Counted from the first letter of the stretch, positions 1-10,113 are shown. The stretch is DNA of 64,000 nt from Candidatus Poribacteria bacterium (GCA_965214095.1 OZ243938.1:1216001-1280000), one strand, 5' to 3'. Numbers and translations are program-made. Notes: generated from the sequence alone by a model not told the origin.

Positions 1-2147
1 GACTCACTAATTTCAATAGTATGTCATGGGCACCATATTTCCATCCAAGTGGTGAGTATGTCATCTTTGCATCTAACAAACTCGGTTTTTCTAATTTTGA
101 GTTATTCCTTGTGGATACAAAGGGAAGACACGAACCCGTTCAAATTACATCAACCGATGGTTTTGATGGTCTTCCCGTTTTTTCACCAGATGGAAACAGA
201 CTATGCTGGACATCTAATCGCAACAACCAAAAGGTCTCACAACTCTACATCGCAATGTGGAATCACAAGGCAGCCTTGGAAGCGATTTCCCTCTCACCAA
301 GAAGTAGGTTCTTGAGTAATCCGGATCAAACGGAAAATGATCAACAAGAAGATATTTCCTTCGCTGATTTTGATACAGAAATAAAGACGAGAATCCAGCA
401 ACACGTTGAATTCCTCGCAGATGACTCATTAGAAGGACGAATGAGTGGTTCCAAAGGTTCAAAACTCGCTGCTGATTACATCGTAGAGCAATTTACGCAA
501 CTCAATCTACAACCTGCAGGTGAAGAAGATGGATTCTTTCAGACCTTTGAGTTTAGCGGCGGAAGTAAAGTTGTTTTAGAAGAGAATAAGTTCCATCTCA
601 CACGCAAGTTTGATGGAAATCAGGAACTTATGGAATTCAAGGTTGAAGAAGATTTCTTGCCTTTCTCTTTCTCAAATAACGGTATCGTTGAGGGTGAAGT
701 TGCCTTTGTCGGTTATGGATTGTCTGAAACAGGTGACTCAGGTTATAATTCTTATGCAGGAATTGATGTGAAGGATAAGATTGTTATTGCACTTCGCTAT
801 GTTCCCGAAGGTGTTTCAAAGGAACGAAGACAGCAATTAATTCGCTTTGCAGGTATACGTTACAAAGCTATTCAAGCACGAGAAAACGGTGCTAAAGCAT
901 TCCTCACCGTTGCCGGTCCCAATTCACCTAACACTGGCAAAGTTATTCCTATCACTTTTGACAATAGAAGTGCAGATTGTGGTATAGTCGCCGCTTCAAT
1001 TACCGACACAGTCGCAAATACACTCTTAGCCACTGTTGGAAAAAACTTGAAGGACGTGCAATCTGGACTTGATATTGAAAACCCACACCATGTTGGTGAA
1101 TTTCTACTACCTGATGTTAAAATCAAGATTGTTGCCTCATTAGAAAAAATTAGAAAATCTGACAACAATGTCCTTGCAATGCTTCCACCCACCGAACAGA
1201 GTGATGAAAACGAATACATTATAGTCGGCGCACACTACGATCATATCGGTTTCGGAGAAGTCGGATCAATGGCAAAAGGTGAAGAAAAAACCAAAATCCA
1301 TAACGGTGCTGATGATAACGCATCTGGTACTGCTGTTGTCCTAAAATTAGCCGAGATGTTCACTGCTGATCGACAAAATCATCCTGAAATGTTCAAACGT
1401 GGGATTGTTTTTGCACTCTGGTCAGGTGAAGAACTTGGTCTGATTGGGTCAACACATTATGTCAACAAACCCACTATTCCATTAGAGAATTCAGCAGGTT
1501 ACCTCAATTTTGATATGGTTGGACGACTCCGCAACAATAAACTTATCCTTCAAGGTATTGGATCTTCACCTATATGGACAAAGTATATTGAAAAACGCAA
1601 TGTGTTAGTCGGATTAAATCTAAACTTGATTAATGATCCATACATGCCAACAGATGTAACTGCCTTTTATCCAAAGAAAGTGCCTGTCCTTAGTTTCTTT
1701 ACCGGTCTACACAAGCACTATAACAAACCAACAGATGATCCTGAAACGCTCAACTATGCTGGATTAGAACGGATTTCAAACTTGGCTTATGGCATTATTT
1801 CAGACCTAATCAGTGCTGAGGAACGACCTGAATATCTGGATGTAGCACGGAATCAATCCGAGGAAGGAAGCCGTGACAATCTGAGAGTATATTTGGGCAC
1901 TATTCCAGATTATGCAACCGAAGACGAAGGGGTCAAACTATCAGGCGTTCAAACAGGTGGTCCCGCAGATAAAGCAGGTATAAAGAGTGGGGATATCATC
2001 GTTGGGTTAGGTGGAAAAAAGATTGCTAATATTTACGATTACACATACTCACTTGACGGTGTGAAAATCGGCGAACCCGTAGAAATTGTAGTGATGCGTG
2101 ATGGGAAAGAGTTAAAACTAAAGATTACCCCCGAAGCACGGAAGTGA
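1..2147 (+). CDS. TolB/PD40-repeat + PA + M28 metallopeptidase + PDZ protein (5' truncated by window edge)
   Basis: PD40-like repeats (WAPYFHPSG, PVFSPDG); M28 motifs GAHYDH, GADDNASG, SGEELG, NFDMVG; C-terminal PDZ (YLGTIPDY...GGPADKAGIKSGD); frame open upstream of position 21. Confidence 0.88.
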   Translation, partial: LTNFNSMSWAPYFHPSGEYVIFASNKLGFSNFELFLVDTKGRHEPVQITSTDGFDGLPVFSPDGNRLCWTSNRNNQKVSQLYIAMWNHKAALEAISLSPRSRFLSNPDQTENDQQEDISFADFDTEIKTRIQQHVEFLADDSLEGRMSGSKGSKLAADYIVEQFTQLNLQPAGEEDGFFQTFEFSGGSKVVLEENKFHLTRKFDGNQELMEFKVEEDFLPFSFSNNGIVEGEVAFVGYGLSETGDSGYNSYAGIDVKDKIVIALRYVPEGVSKERRQQLIRFAGIRYKAIQARENGAKAFLTVAGPNSPNTGKVIPITFDNRSADCGIVAASITDTVANTLLATVGKNLKDVQSGLDIENPHHVGEFLLPDVKIKIVASLEKIRKSDNNVLAMLPPTEQSDENEYIIVGAHYDHIGFGEVGSMAKGEEKTKIHNGADDNASGTAVVLKLAEMFTADRQNHPEMFKRGIVFALWSGEELGLIGSTHYVNKPTIPLENSAGYLNFDMVGRLRNNKLILQGIGSSPIWTKYIEKRNVLVGLNLNLINDPYMPTDVTAFYPKKVPVLSFFTGLHKHYNKPTDDPETLNYAGLERISNLAYGIISDLISAEERPEYLDVARNQSEEGSRDNLRVYLGTIPDYATEDEGVKLSGVQTGGPADKAGIKSGDIIVGLGGKKIANIYDYTYSLDGVKIGEPVEIVVMRDGKELKLKITPEARK

Positions 2148-2150
2148 ATC

Positions 2151-2195
2151 AAAGAACCGTCATCTGCAGCAATAGCAAATGACGGTTCCTTTTTT
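2151..2195. terminator. Probable bidirectional intrinsic terminator
   Basis: GAACCGTCAT(C)TGC...GCAAATGACGGTTC stem with a T-run on one side and As on the other, between convergent genes. Confidence 0.75.
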
Positions 2196-2209
2196 AGTTT
2201 AATCCAAAT

Positions 2210-3418
2210 TTAAGGACTACTAGGAACTTGCAAGACCCCATCTTTAACTTCTAAAATGACAATCTGTTCATAGATTGCTTCTCCGTTTGGGTCAAAGGAG
2301 AATGGTCCTAAAACTGTATCAAATTCCATCGTCTGTGCCAAAGCATCGCGAATTGCAGCTGAATCTGCTGATCCTGCTGTATTGATCGCATTTGCAAGTA
2401 TATTCATAGTTGCATAAGCTTGTGCAGCCCAAGGACTGGGAGTTTCTCCATCATGTTTTGCCATATAACTCTGGACAAAAGCTTGGTTTTTTGGACTGTC
2501 ATCAAGTTCTGACCATCCTGCAAAAGCAAATGCACCTTCTGCTGCTCCATCTGCAGCTGCCACTTCAGTAGCGGTCAAATCAGGAACAATTAACCTTGTA
2601 GTTTCTGAAGGAATTTCAAGTTCACTTGCCTTCTTTATAATTTGAACCATCTGTGTTGACAGAGCAGCAACAAAGACTACGTTAGGTGCCTCGCCCTTGA
2701 TGGTCTCTAATTGTGTCGTGAAATCGGTATCAGTTGTTACAAACTTTTGAGTGGACGTGAGCGTAACACCGGCTGTTTCTAATGCTTTTGTCAACTCATC
2801 TTTTAGGCTTGTGGAGTATGCGTCAGCGTCATCATATATAATTGCTGCAGTTGCGTATGACGCTGCTGCATGCGTTTGCATCACACCGCGTGGAATAAGG
2901 ATGTTTGTGGCTAAACCAGCGCGGAAGACATAATCACCGATTTCACCACTCAAACCAGCAGCGGAAGAAATTGGACTAAATGCAACCACTCCAGCCTCTT
3001 GTGCAATCGGAAATGCTTCTTTGAGATGCGTTGAAATCCCAACACCAATGATGGCGGGAACACCTTGATCAACCAATGACTGAACAGCAGCCTTCGCACC
3101 TTCAACGGTACTCAAATTGTCTACAGAAACTAACTCTATATTGGCTCCAAGGGCATTCAGTTGGTCCTGTGCCAATTCAATACCACGTTTCATTGGAATT
3201 CCGTATGGTGCTGCGTTCTCTCCAGTTTCTGCTACTGCAACACCAATAGTAATCCCAGGCATTTCTCCATCAGGCATTTCTCCATCAGGCATTTCTCCAT
3301 CAGGCATTTCTCCATCAGGCATCATTTCCATTGCTTTTTCGCAACCTGTCAGTCCAACAACCAATGCGATGAAAGCAAATGTAATCATAAATATTGAAAA
3401 TTTTCTAATTGTCATCAT
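2210..3418 (-). CDS. LivJ/LivK-type ABC substrate-binding lipoprotein
   Basis: Lipobox-like LTGC; Peripla_BP_6-like motifs (GIELA, TDFTTQL, GPFSFDPNGEA); start moved to MMTIRK after an AAGGGG RBS. Confidence 0.85.
   Translation of the reverse strand: MMTIRKFSIFMITFAFIALVVGLTGCEKAMEMMPDGEMPDGEMPDGEMPDGEMPGITIGVAVAETGENAAPYGIPMKRGIELAQDQLNALGANIELVSVDNLSTVEGAKAAVQSLVDQGVPAIIGVGISTHLKEAFPIAQEAGVVAFSPISSAAGLSGEIGDYVFRAGLATNILIPRGVMQTHAAASYATAAIIYDDADAYSTSLKDELTKALETAGVTLTSTQKFVTTDTDFTTQLETIKGEAPNVVFVAALSTQMVQIIKKASELEIPSETTRLIVPDLTATEVAAADGAAEGAFAFAGWSELDDSPKNQAFVQSYMAKHDGETPSPWAAQAYATMNILANAINTAGSADSAAIRDALAQTMEFDTVLGPFSFDPNGEAIYEQIVILEVKDGVLQVPSSP
3256..3322. repeat. 15-bp tandem repeat (CAGGCATTTCTCCAT x ~4.5) encoding (MPDGE)n linker
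   Basis: Perfect direct repeats visible in the sequence. Confidence 0.95.
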
Positions 3419-3666
3419 AAATCCCCTTATAAATAAAATAAACATAGGTATGGTGAATACACAGAATACTTCATCCACTACCTCTTTATGTTGTAATACA
3501 CAAATTTTAAAGACTATCTTAATATTCTTACTAACCCTTTGAACTTCTATACTAAGAATTTGTCTATAAACTCTTTTACATATTATTTCATAATTTAAAG
3601 GTATTGTCAAATGAAATTGACAATAATGTTTTTTCATTATACTTGACAATATATAATCTATTTACT

Positions 3667-4708
3667 AGACATTATAATGAATTAAATAGTAGGAGTTTCA
3701 TAACACCAGGGTCTGAAGTTTAGTCGAAAATTGTGTAAACCACAACAGGTTTCCATAACTAAGTCACAAAACCCTTTCTTCCAATTTCTGAGTTTGTCTT
3801 TGACAATGCGGTATCTTTTGACACCACTAATGGCATGTTCAACACGTATGCGTATAGACGCTATCTTTCTATTGATTTCTTTTTCTTTTTCTGTCAGTTC
3901 TCCACCTTTCGGTTTTTTCTTCGGTTGAACGATGTGAACATCAGGAAGAGTGAACCCCTGAAAACCGGTATCTTGATACAAGGTGCTTCCCGGGGGCACA
4001 CAATAGCCCACCTGATCAGCTATGTATTTGTCATGGTGTCTTCCTTCAAAAGAGGGTGTCAATAGGACGACTTTGCAGCTCTCATTGATAATCAGATTAT
4101 TTTTTGCTGTATGACATTTCTTTTTACCGCTATAATATGCCTTTTGAGCTTCTGGGTCTCTTGGACGCCGTATTCGCCGTTCTATACCATCATGAAAAAA
4201 AATACGCTTTATCTTGACTTTGACTTGATACCTCACAAGTATCACACATAGATGTGGGAACTGTTTCCCGAGATGGCAGCTCTTCAAGTTCTGCTAATGC
4301 GGTGTTCAATATCGGTAAAAGCAAGTGAATCCATTTATTCGCAAGAGGTTGAGCCATACCAAAGAGCGTGCCGAATAGAACCTGTTTCGGAGCTTCATGA
4401 AGATAAATTAATATAAATAGCAACATATCTTCATGTGAAGCAAAACAACTATTCTTGTAGGGTTTATATCTCCGTTTTATGCGCGGTTTTCCATCAAGGG
4501 TATGTGTTTCCATATAAGCTAAAAAACATTTAGAAAAATGAGGTAATAGTTTTGTAAACTCTTCTAAAGTATATCCAGTGAGAGATAGAAGCGTATCAGC
4601 TTTGTCCTTAATATCTTCAAAAACGATAATGAGAAAACCTCCATTTATAAGATTGTAATTAGAATAACAGAGGTTAACTAAACTTGCAACTAAATCATTA
4701 TAATGTCT
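3667..4708 (-). mobile_element. IS5-family (ISL2-like) insertion sequence, copy 1, 1042 bp
   Basis: 18-bp terminal IR AGACATTATAATGA(A/T)TTA; 3-bp duplication ACT (3664-3666 / 4709-4711); second copy at 18768-19809. Confidence 0.93.
3682..4630 (-). CDS. DDE transposase (HTH_Tnp_4 + DDE_Tnp_4 type), two frames joined at a T8 run; probable ATT start
   Basis: LTG..EEF N-terminus, DG.E..I.RP, YSGKKKCHT, DTGFQG, RIRVEHAI motifs; GGAGG 7 nt before ATT at 4630. Confidence 0.85.
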
Positions 4709-4885
4709 ACTATAATTCTTTTTATTCAATGTGAAAACTAAATTGTCTTGTAGTTTAGATGCTACTTGTCAATTCTTTGCAAACCATTAACCGAGTAGTT
4801 ATTAGTTTCGTTGTAAACGGAGTAAGAAACTAACTCATATATTTGAAATTCACTCTACTTTTCCTATTAGCGAAGGAGGAAAGTC

Positions 4886-5329
4886 ATGGATGGCATTAAG
4901 AAAGTTATAGGTGTTGTTCTCATCATTATTGCGGCATTAGTCGCAATCCACACAGTCATTGAACCCATATATCACACTACTGATCCTAGTAGCGAAAATC
5001 CATATAGTTCTGCTTGGGGTTATATTAATCCGCTCTCGGCTATATCTATAGTATTAGGGTTGATTTTCGGGTACATCCGTATGAGTAACACCGACGAGAA
5101 CTCAAGTGTACAAGAGTTTATTGCAGCGAACACATTATTTTATGGATTCATATTCGCCGCTATATTATTCTTCTGGAATTGGTTTGGTATCCTTGAAGTA
5201 GGAAAGGAGTTTACCGCAGTTGATCCTCAGACAAGATCTATAGTATGGATTATCATTGATGCGATCCTACCGTGTTTGAACGGTGCGTTAGGTGCACACT
5301 TACTACGCTCCGGCGGAACAAACGATTAG
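4886..5329 (+). CDS. Hypothetical integral membrane protein (~4 TM)
   Basis: AGGAGG RBS; four hydrophobic segments. Confidence 0.75.
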   Translation: MDGIKKVIGVVLIIIAALVAIHTVIEPIYHTTDPSSENPYSSAWGYINPLSAISIVLGLIFGYIRMSNTDENSSVQEFIAANTLFYGFIFAAILFFWNWFGILEVGKEFTAVDPQTRSIVWIIIDAILPCLNGALGAHLLRSGGTND

Positions 5330-5351
5330 ATTACAAATTCTGCCATTAATC

Positions 5352-5411
5352 AATATTATAAATTTATATTCTGTGTTCATATTTGGACGTAGAATATAAA
5401 TTTATAATATT
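5352..5411 (+). repeat. Long AT-rich hairpin (28-bp stem, 4-nt loop), possible terminator
   Basis: AATATTATAAATTTATATTCT...AGAATATAAATTTATAATATT perfect 21-bp inverted repeat, extended by G-U pairs. Confidence 0.8.
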
Positions 5412-5543
5412 AATATAACAAGAAATGATGTGAATAAGTGTATTTATAGACAAATTATGCTATAATAAATTTATTATAAGCAATTTTTGTCAGAAGATTG
5501 TTCATTTTTTGTTTATATAATAAGAAAAATAGGGAAAAATTGT

Positions 5544-6686
5544 ATGAAAACAAAAGTTTTTGAGTTTACGCTGTGCGTAATTCTCGTACTCTCTGTCGCT
5601 GTGTTTTCTGGATGTGAAAGAATGAAGGATATGCTTCCACCAATAGATGACGATATGCCGATGCTAAAAGTCGGGCTGATTCATCCAGAACCGAATTATA
5701 CCAGTTTTGGAAAAGGGGCTGAACTCGCACGAGACGAAATCAACGCAGCAGGTGGCGTTCTCGGTATGCAGGTTGAGTTGATATTTAAACAAGAGACGAC
5801 TGATACCGTAGTCCAATCTGCAACGGATTTAGTAGAAGTTGATAATGTTGTTGCAATTTTAGGCCCTCTCTTTTCAAGTCATGCAGTGAAAGTCGGTCCG
5901 GTAGCAACTGTGCCAGTTCTATTGGGAGCAACAAGAGCAGAGGTCACAGCAGATGAAACAGACCCAAACGATCTAATGTTTCTCATAGGCGGTTCAAATG
6001 TCCTGCAAGCACAACTTCTTGCTAAGATGGTTAAAGAAACACTTATGAAAGATACTGCCGGGATGATTTGGCAAAATATGGATGTTTATTCTATAGGCTT
6101 CGTGGAGTCATTCAAATCAAGTTTTGAAGCACTTGGCGGAATGGTAGTCGTTGAACAAACTTATGAGAGCGGTGACACAATGTTTGAAACACCGCTTACC
6201 ACAGTTATGGAAGCAGATCCTGATGTCCTTCTTCTTGCAAGTTTTCCACCCGCAAATCCGTACATTATGAAACAAGCAAGAGACATGGGAATTACATCCG
6301 ACTTTATTGGTAGTGACGGTTGGGACGATCCACTTATGTCTACCACTTTGGAAGATAATGCACCTGTTGATGGCCACTATTGTACAAACTTGGATCCAGA
6401 TGCGGAAACTTTTAATTCCGCTTATATGGAGAAATACGGTTCAGTTGATGGCATTGCTGCAATAGGCTATGATGCTATGCAGATATTAGCAATGGCAATA
6501 GAGATGGTAGGAACTGCGGATGATCCAACTGTAATCCGAGATGCAATCGCTGCCATTACCGATTACGAAGGTGCTACAACCATCCTACGCTTTGATGAGA
6601 ACCGTAATCCTGTAAAAAGCGTCGGTGTAAGAGAATTAAAAGATGGAATACCACAGGATGATATTATTGTGGCAACACCTGAGTAG
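5544..6686 (+). CDS. LivJ/LivK-type ABC substrate-binding lipoprotein
   Basis: FSGC lipobox; GAELARDEINAAGGVLG, VVAILGP, GSDGW, GYDA motifs; start at MKTKV. Confidence 0.85.
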   Translation: MKTKVFEFTLCVILVLSVAVFSGCERMKDMLPPIDDDMPMLKVGLIHPEPNYTSFGKGAELARDEINAAGGVLGMQVELIFKQETTDTVVQSATDLVEVDNVVAILGPLFSSHAVKVGPVATVPVLLGATRAEVTADETDPNDLMFLIGGSNVLQAQLLAKMVKETLMKDTAGMIWQNMDVYSIGFVESFKSSFEALGGMVVVEQTYESGDTMFETPLTTVMEADPDVLLLASFPPANPYIMKQARDMGITSDFIGSDGWDDPLMSTTLEDNAPVDGHYCTNLDPDAETFNSAYMEKYGSVDGIAAIGYDAMQILAMAIEMVGTADDPTVIRDAIAAITDYEGATTILRFDENRNPVKSVGVRELKDGIPQDDIIVATPE

Positions 6687-6735
6687 GTAATCACAGTCTA
6701 ATCAGGCTATACAAGAAATAACACGCAACCTTATT

Positions 6736-6883
6736 ATACCATTTCTATGTGATAATATGACATTATTTTGTAGGTCGGGTAGAAGCGATAGCGAAACCCG
6801 ACTTTTAATAGTGCCATGTCGGGTTTCGTAAACTCTACCCGACCTACAATCTATTATGACGATTTTTTAATTAGATATGGTAT
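6736..6883. repeat. REPIN-like element: inverted pair of GTAG-type REP hairpins within short terminal IRs
   Basis: GTAGGTCGGGT...AAACCCGAC and GTCGGGTTT...ACCCGACCTAC (6770-6847), flanked by ATACCATTTCTA / TAGATATGGTAT. Confidence 0.8.
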
Positions 6884-6923
6884 TAGATAGAGGATGCATG
6901 TTATTTTCTTTTACAAAATGTTG

Positions 6924-7994
6924 TTATTCTACACTAATCAAAGCCACAACACCTGCGTGATCTGAGGGCCACAATCCTGAACCTAACCGATCAGTGGATT
7001 TATCACCTACGGTTTGTGTAACAACATTCGTAGGTTGCAGATTGTGGACAAATATCTGATCAATCCGAACTGTGAGATCACTGATCTCATTGAGGATGTC
7101 GCCATCTTGACAGCATGTGTTGCCTATCCCTTCAGAATCCATCTGCCAAAGGTCTTCATAGCCAGCTGATATTAAAACTTGATAGCCAGTACCATGAGTT
7201 GCCCTTGTATTGAAATCACCCAATAGTATAATCGGTAATGTTTCATCAGCAAGGATGTCCACGAGTTCCTGCGTTTGCGCCACTCTTACATCTTCCGTAA
7301 ATGCTTCTAAATGTGTATTTACAAAACGGTATGTAGTACCTGCAACAGTTGCATCCACTGCAGCATACCCACGTTCTATATCAAGTCCGAGCAACTCAAT
7401 CGTGAGTAAAGTGTCATAATTTACACTTGTCGGACGTGATATTTCTACATCACTGCGAGACAAAATAACATCATAATCGGTTAATCGGATATCGTCTAAG
7501 CCAGCTGCTGTTAACAACGGCATTTCAACGTCTAAGTTTTCTACTCGTGCAGCAACTTGATAGTCTAATCCTTCTGCCTGAAGCGCATTCATCAATATTT
7601 GGAGATAGTCCAACTCAATATCTTCAGCAAGGGTAGGGTTGCTAGATAGAAAGTCACCCGGACTTTGACGACGGACTAACGATATTTCTTGAAGTCCTAT
7701 CAGATGAGGCTGATATGTACCTATTGTTTCTGCAATTGCTGCTGCCCTACTTGGAAAATCAGCTGCAATGACGTTATTATACATCTTCTCAACTTCTGCG
7801 GGAGCTTGTAGTAGGTTTTCAACGTTCAATAAAGGTTCAGCACTACTACCCACGTAAACGTTGTATGTCATTACAGTCAGTGGTTGTGAATCCAAAGTCT
7901 GTATAGGTTCCCACACTCGATCAGTTGCATATTCGCAACCCGAAATTATTAATATAAAAATCACAAATAGACCAGATAGTTTGATTTTTGACAA
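6924..7994 (-). CDS. Endonuclease/exonuclease/phosphatase (EEP) family lipoprotein
   Basis: VMTYNV, LIGLQE, NTHLE, LLGDFN, RIDQIF, SDH motifs; ISGC lipobox; TTG start after GGAGG. Confidence 0.88.
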   Translation of the reverse strand: MSKIKLSGLFVIFILIISGCEYATDRVWEPIQTLDSQPLTVMTYNVYVGSSAEPLLNVENLLQAPAEVEKMYNNVIAADFPSRAAAIAETIGTYQPHLIGLQEISLVRRQSPGDFLSSNPTLAEDIELDYLQILMNALQAEGLDYQVAARVENLDVEMPLLTAAGLDDIRLTDYDVILSRSDVEISRPTSVNYDTLLTIELLGLDIERGYAAVDATVAGTTYRFVNTHLEAFTEDVRVAQTQELVDILADETLPIILLGDFNTRATHGTGYQVLISAGYEDLWQMDSEGIGNTCCQDGDILNEISDLTVRIDQIFVHNLQPTNVVTQTVGDKSTDRLGSGLWPSDHAGVVALISVE

Positions 7995-8037
7995 GTTGTT
8001 TCCTCCGATAAAATTGTAGTGAGTAATTATTTTTCTC

Positions 8038-9348
8038 CTAAGATATACCATAAATAAATTCATTATCTGAACTCGTTAACTTAACCTTCATTACTTTGTT
8101 GATAGCAGAATCAGGAACATCCATCAAAACCCTTAGGTAATTATCTGTAAATCCGGCAAGTTGTTTTTTCTCTCCTTCTCTGCTTTCTTCGACTAAAACA
8201 TTCTTATATTTCCCAAGCATACGCTTACGGAACGATTCGCTCATTTCTTTTCCCAATTCTATCATTTCACGACTTCTACTTGCTGAGACTTGAGACGGTA
8301 CTTGATTGGGATATGTGGCAGCTGGTGTGCCTTTGCGTGGAGAGTAACGAAAGACATGCAATTGACTAAATCCTATTTCCTCAACGAACTTAAGTGATTC
8401 CTGAAAATCAGCATCAGTTTCACCTGGAAATCCGACCATAATATCTGTTGTAATGCCTACGTCATCAGTAAAACGAGAACGTAGGTTTTCTACAAGGTAA
8501 GCGAATTGTGAAGTCGAATAACGTCGCCGCATATCACGTAATACTTTGTCAGACCCAGCTTGAATTGGGATATGAAAGTGCGGCATACACTTGGGAAGTA
8601 CAGACATTCTTTCAGAGAGAATGTCGGGAAAATACATCGGTTCTATTGAACTGAAACGAATCCGTTCAATTCCATCAATTCCGTGTATGTGTTCTAATAT
8701 ATCAGCAATGTCCTTGTCTCTTCCTGTGTCTTGTCCATAAGCACCGAGATGTACACCAGTAATAACAATTTCCTTTATACCACTGTCAGCAATTCGTTGT
8801 GCTTCATCAGCAATATCGGCAAGTGGACGACTTGTCATCCTACCCCGCACATACGGAATTATACAGTATGTACAAAAGGCACTACAACCATCTTGCACTT
8901 TGATGAGTGCACGCGTTCGTTTTCCTGCACTGCTAACACCTCCACTAAAACGAGCATGTTCTCGGACAGCATCGTGCTGAACAGGTTGAATCTGTAATTC
9001 TGTTTTGTTATGTAACTTATCAATATAGGTTTGGAAGTCTGCTTTTTCACGATTACCGAAAACTATGGACACACCAGGGATCTGTTCAATCGCCTTTCTG
9101 TCACTTTCCGCGTAGCAACCAGTAACCAGAACTTCAGCATTGGGATTCTGTCGAATTGCTTTCCGCACGGCTTGTCTTGCCTTTTGGTCGGCAGCATTTG
9201 TTACTGTGCATGTGTTTATCAGATATAGGTCTGCAGTTTGAGTTTCATCGACGATCGCGTATCCATTGCGGACAAGTGTCTCCCGCATAGATTGCGTATC
9301 ATATTGATTGACTTTACAACCCATAGTAATGAGTTTCGCCGTTTTCAT
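8038..9348 (-). CDS. mtaB: tRNA t6A37 methylthiotransferase MtaB
   Basis: TMGCKVNQYD, NTCTVT, radical SAM CxxxCxxC (GCSAFCTYC), HVFRYSPRKGT; follows rsmE. Confidence 0.92.
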   Translation of the reverse strand: MKTAKLITMGCKVNQYDTQSMRETLVRNGYAIVDETQTADLYLINTCTVTNAADQKARQAVRKAIRQNPNAEVLVTGCYAESDRKAIEQIPGVSIVFGNREKADFQTYIDKLHNKTELQIQPVQHDAVREHARFSGGVSSAGKRTRALIKVQDGCSAFCTYCIIPYVRGRMTSRPLADIADEAQRIADSGIKEIVITGVHLGAYGQDTGRDKDIADILEHIHGIDGIERIRFSSIEPMYFPDILSERMSVLPKCMPHFHIPIQAGSDKVLRDMRRRYSTSQFAYLVENLRSRFTDDVGITTDIMVGFPGETDADFQESLKFVEEIGFSQLHVFRYSPRKGTPAATYPNQVPSQVSASRSREMIELGKEMSESFRKRMLGKYKNVLVEESREGEKKQLAGFTDNYLRVLMDVPDSAINKVMKVKLTSSDNEFIYGIS

Positions 9349-9361
9349 AGTATTTGAGGTA

Positions 9362-10111
9362 TCAGAGTTTGTATTCATAAGTTGTCATAGCCACCCCAGC
9401 AATTGCTGCGGTTTCTGTTCTCAATACGGTTGATCCGATTTTCACTGGGATACATCCCTTTTCTATTATGTCTTTCACTTCATTGACAGTAAATCCACCT
9501 TCTGGACCAACTATTAGTGCAATTGAATTGACTTCAGGATATTTTCTCAACACAGATTGAATGTGTCTTTCAGGTTCTTTTTCCCAGAATATAAGTGCAC
9601 AATCATAAGTATGTATTGCATTTATGCAATCTTGTAAGGTCTGAATCTTATTTAGTTCTGGTATCCAAGCGCGTCCACACTGTTTTGTAGCAGAGAGCAT
9701 AATTCGCTGCCAACGTTCTAATTTGTTTTTACTCGGTTTCTGTAAAGACCTTTCTGTTATTGTTGGAACAATCTGAGTCACACCAAGTTCGGTTGTCTTT
9801 TGCAGAATCAATTCCATTTTATCATGTTTGGGTAGTCCTTGAAACAGTGTGATAGACGGTGTAGTTCTCTTTTGGTACTCCCGTTTTTCTATGTTGGTAT
9901 TCGTTAATTCAGTTTCAATCTTGGTTATTGTTGCGGTAATGACGGTTCCTTCTCCATCAATAATCCTGATGGTTTCACTTAAACCCAATCGTACCACATT
10001 CCGCAGATGATGGTGTTCTGAACCCACAACAGTAGCACTATCATCATAGATTCGGGTTCTTGGTACATAGAATGTATGCATCAGTTTTTTGTTCACAATG
10101 TGTGAACTCAT
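9362..10111 (-). CDS. rsmE: 16S rRNA m3U1498 methyltransferase
   Basis: HHLRNVVRL, QKTTELGV, VGPEGGF, LRTETA motifs. Confidence 0.95.
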   Translation of the reverse strand: MSSHIVNKKLMHTFYVPRTRIYDDSATVVGSEHHHLRNVVRLGLSETIRIIDGEGTVITATITKIETELTNTNIEKREYQKRTTPSITLFQGLPKHDKMELILQKTTELGVTQIVPTITERSLQKPSKNKLERWQRIMLSATKQCGRAWIPELNKIQTLQDCINAIHTYDCALIFWEKEPERHIQSVLRKYPEVNSIALIVGPEGGFTVNEVKDIIEKGCIPVKIGSTVLRTETAAIAGVAMTTYEYKL

Positions 10112-10113
10112 AT

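Noticed and set aside
3419-3649. N-terminal extension of the 479-aa ORF
   Set aside because: AT-rich promoter region; the RBS and signal peptide place the start at 3418.
4631-4729. Upstream start of transposase ORF A in copy 1
   Set aside because: It extends beyond the IS boundary and is absent in copy 2.
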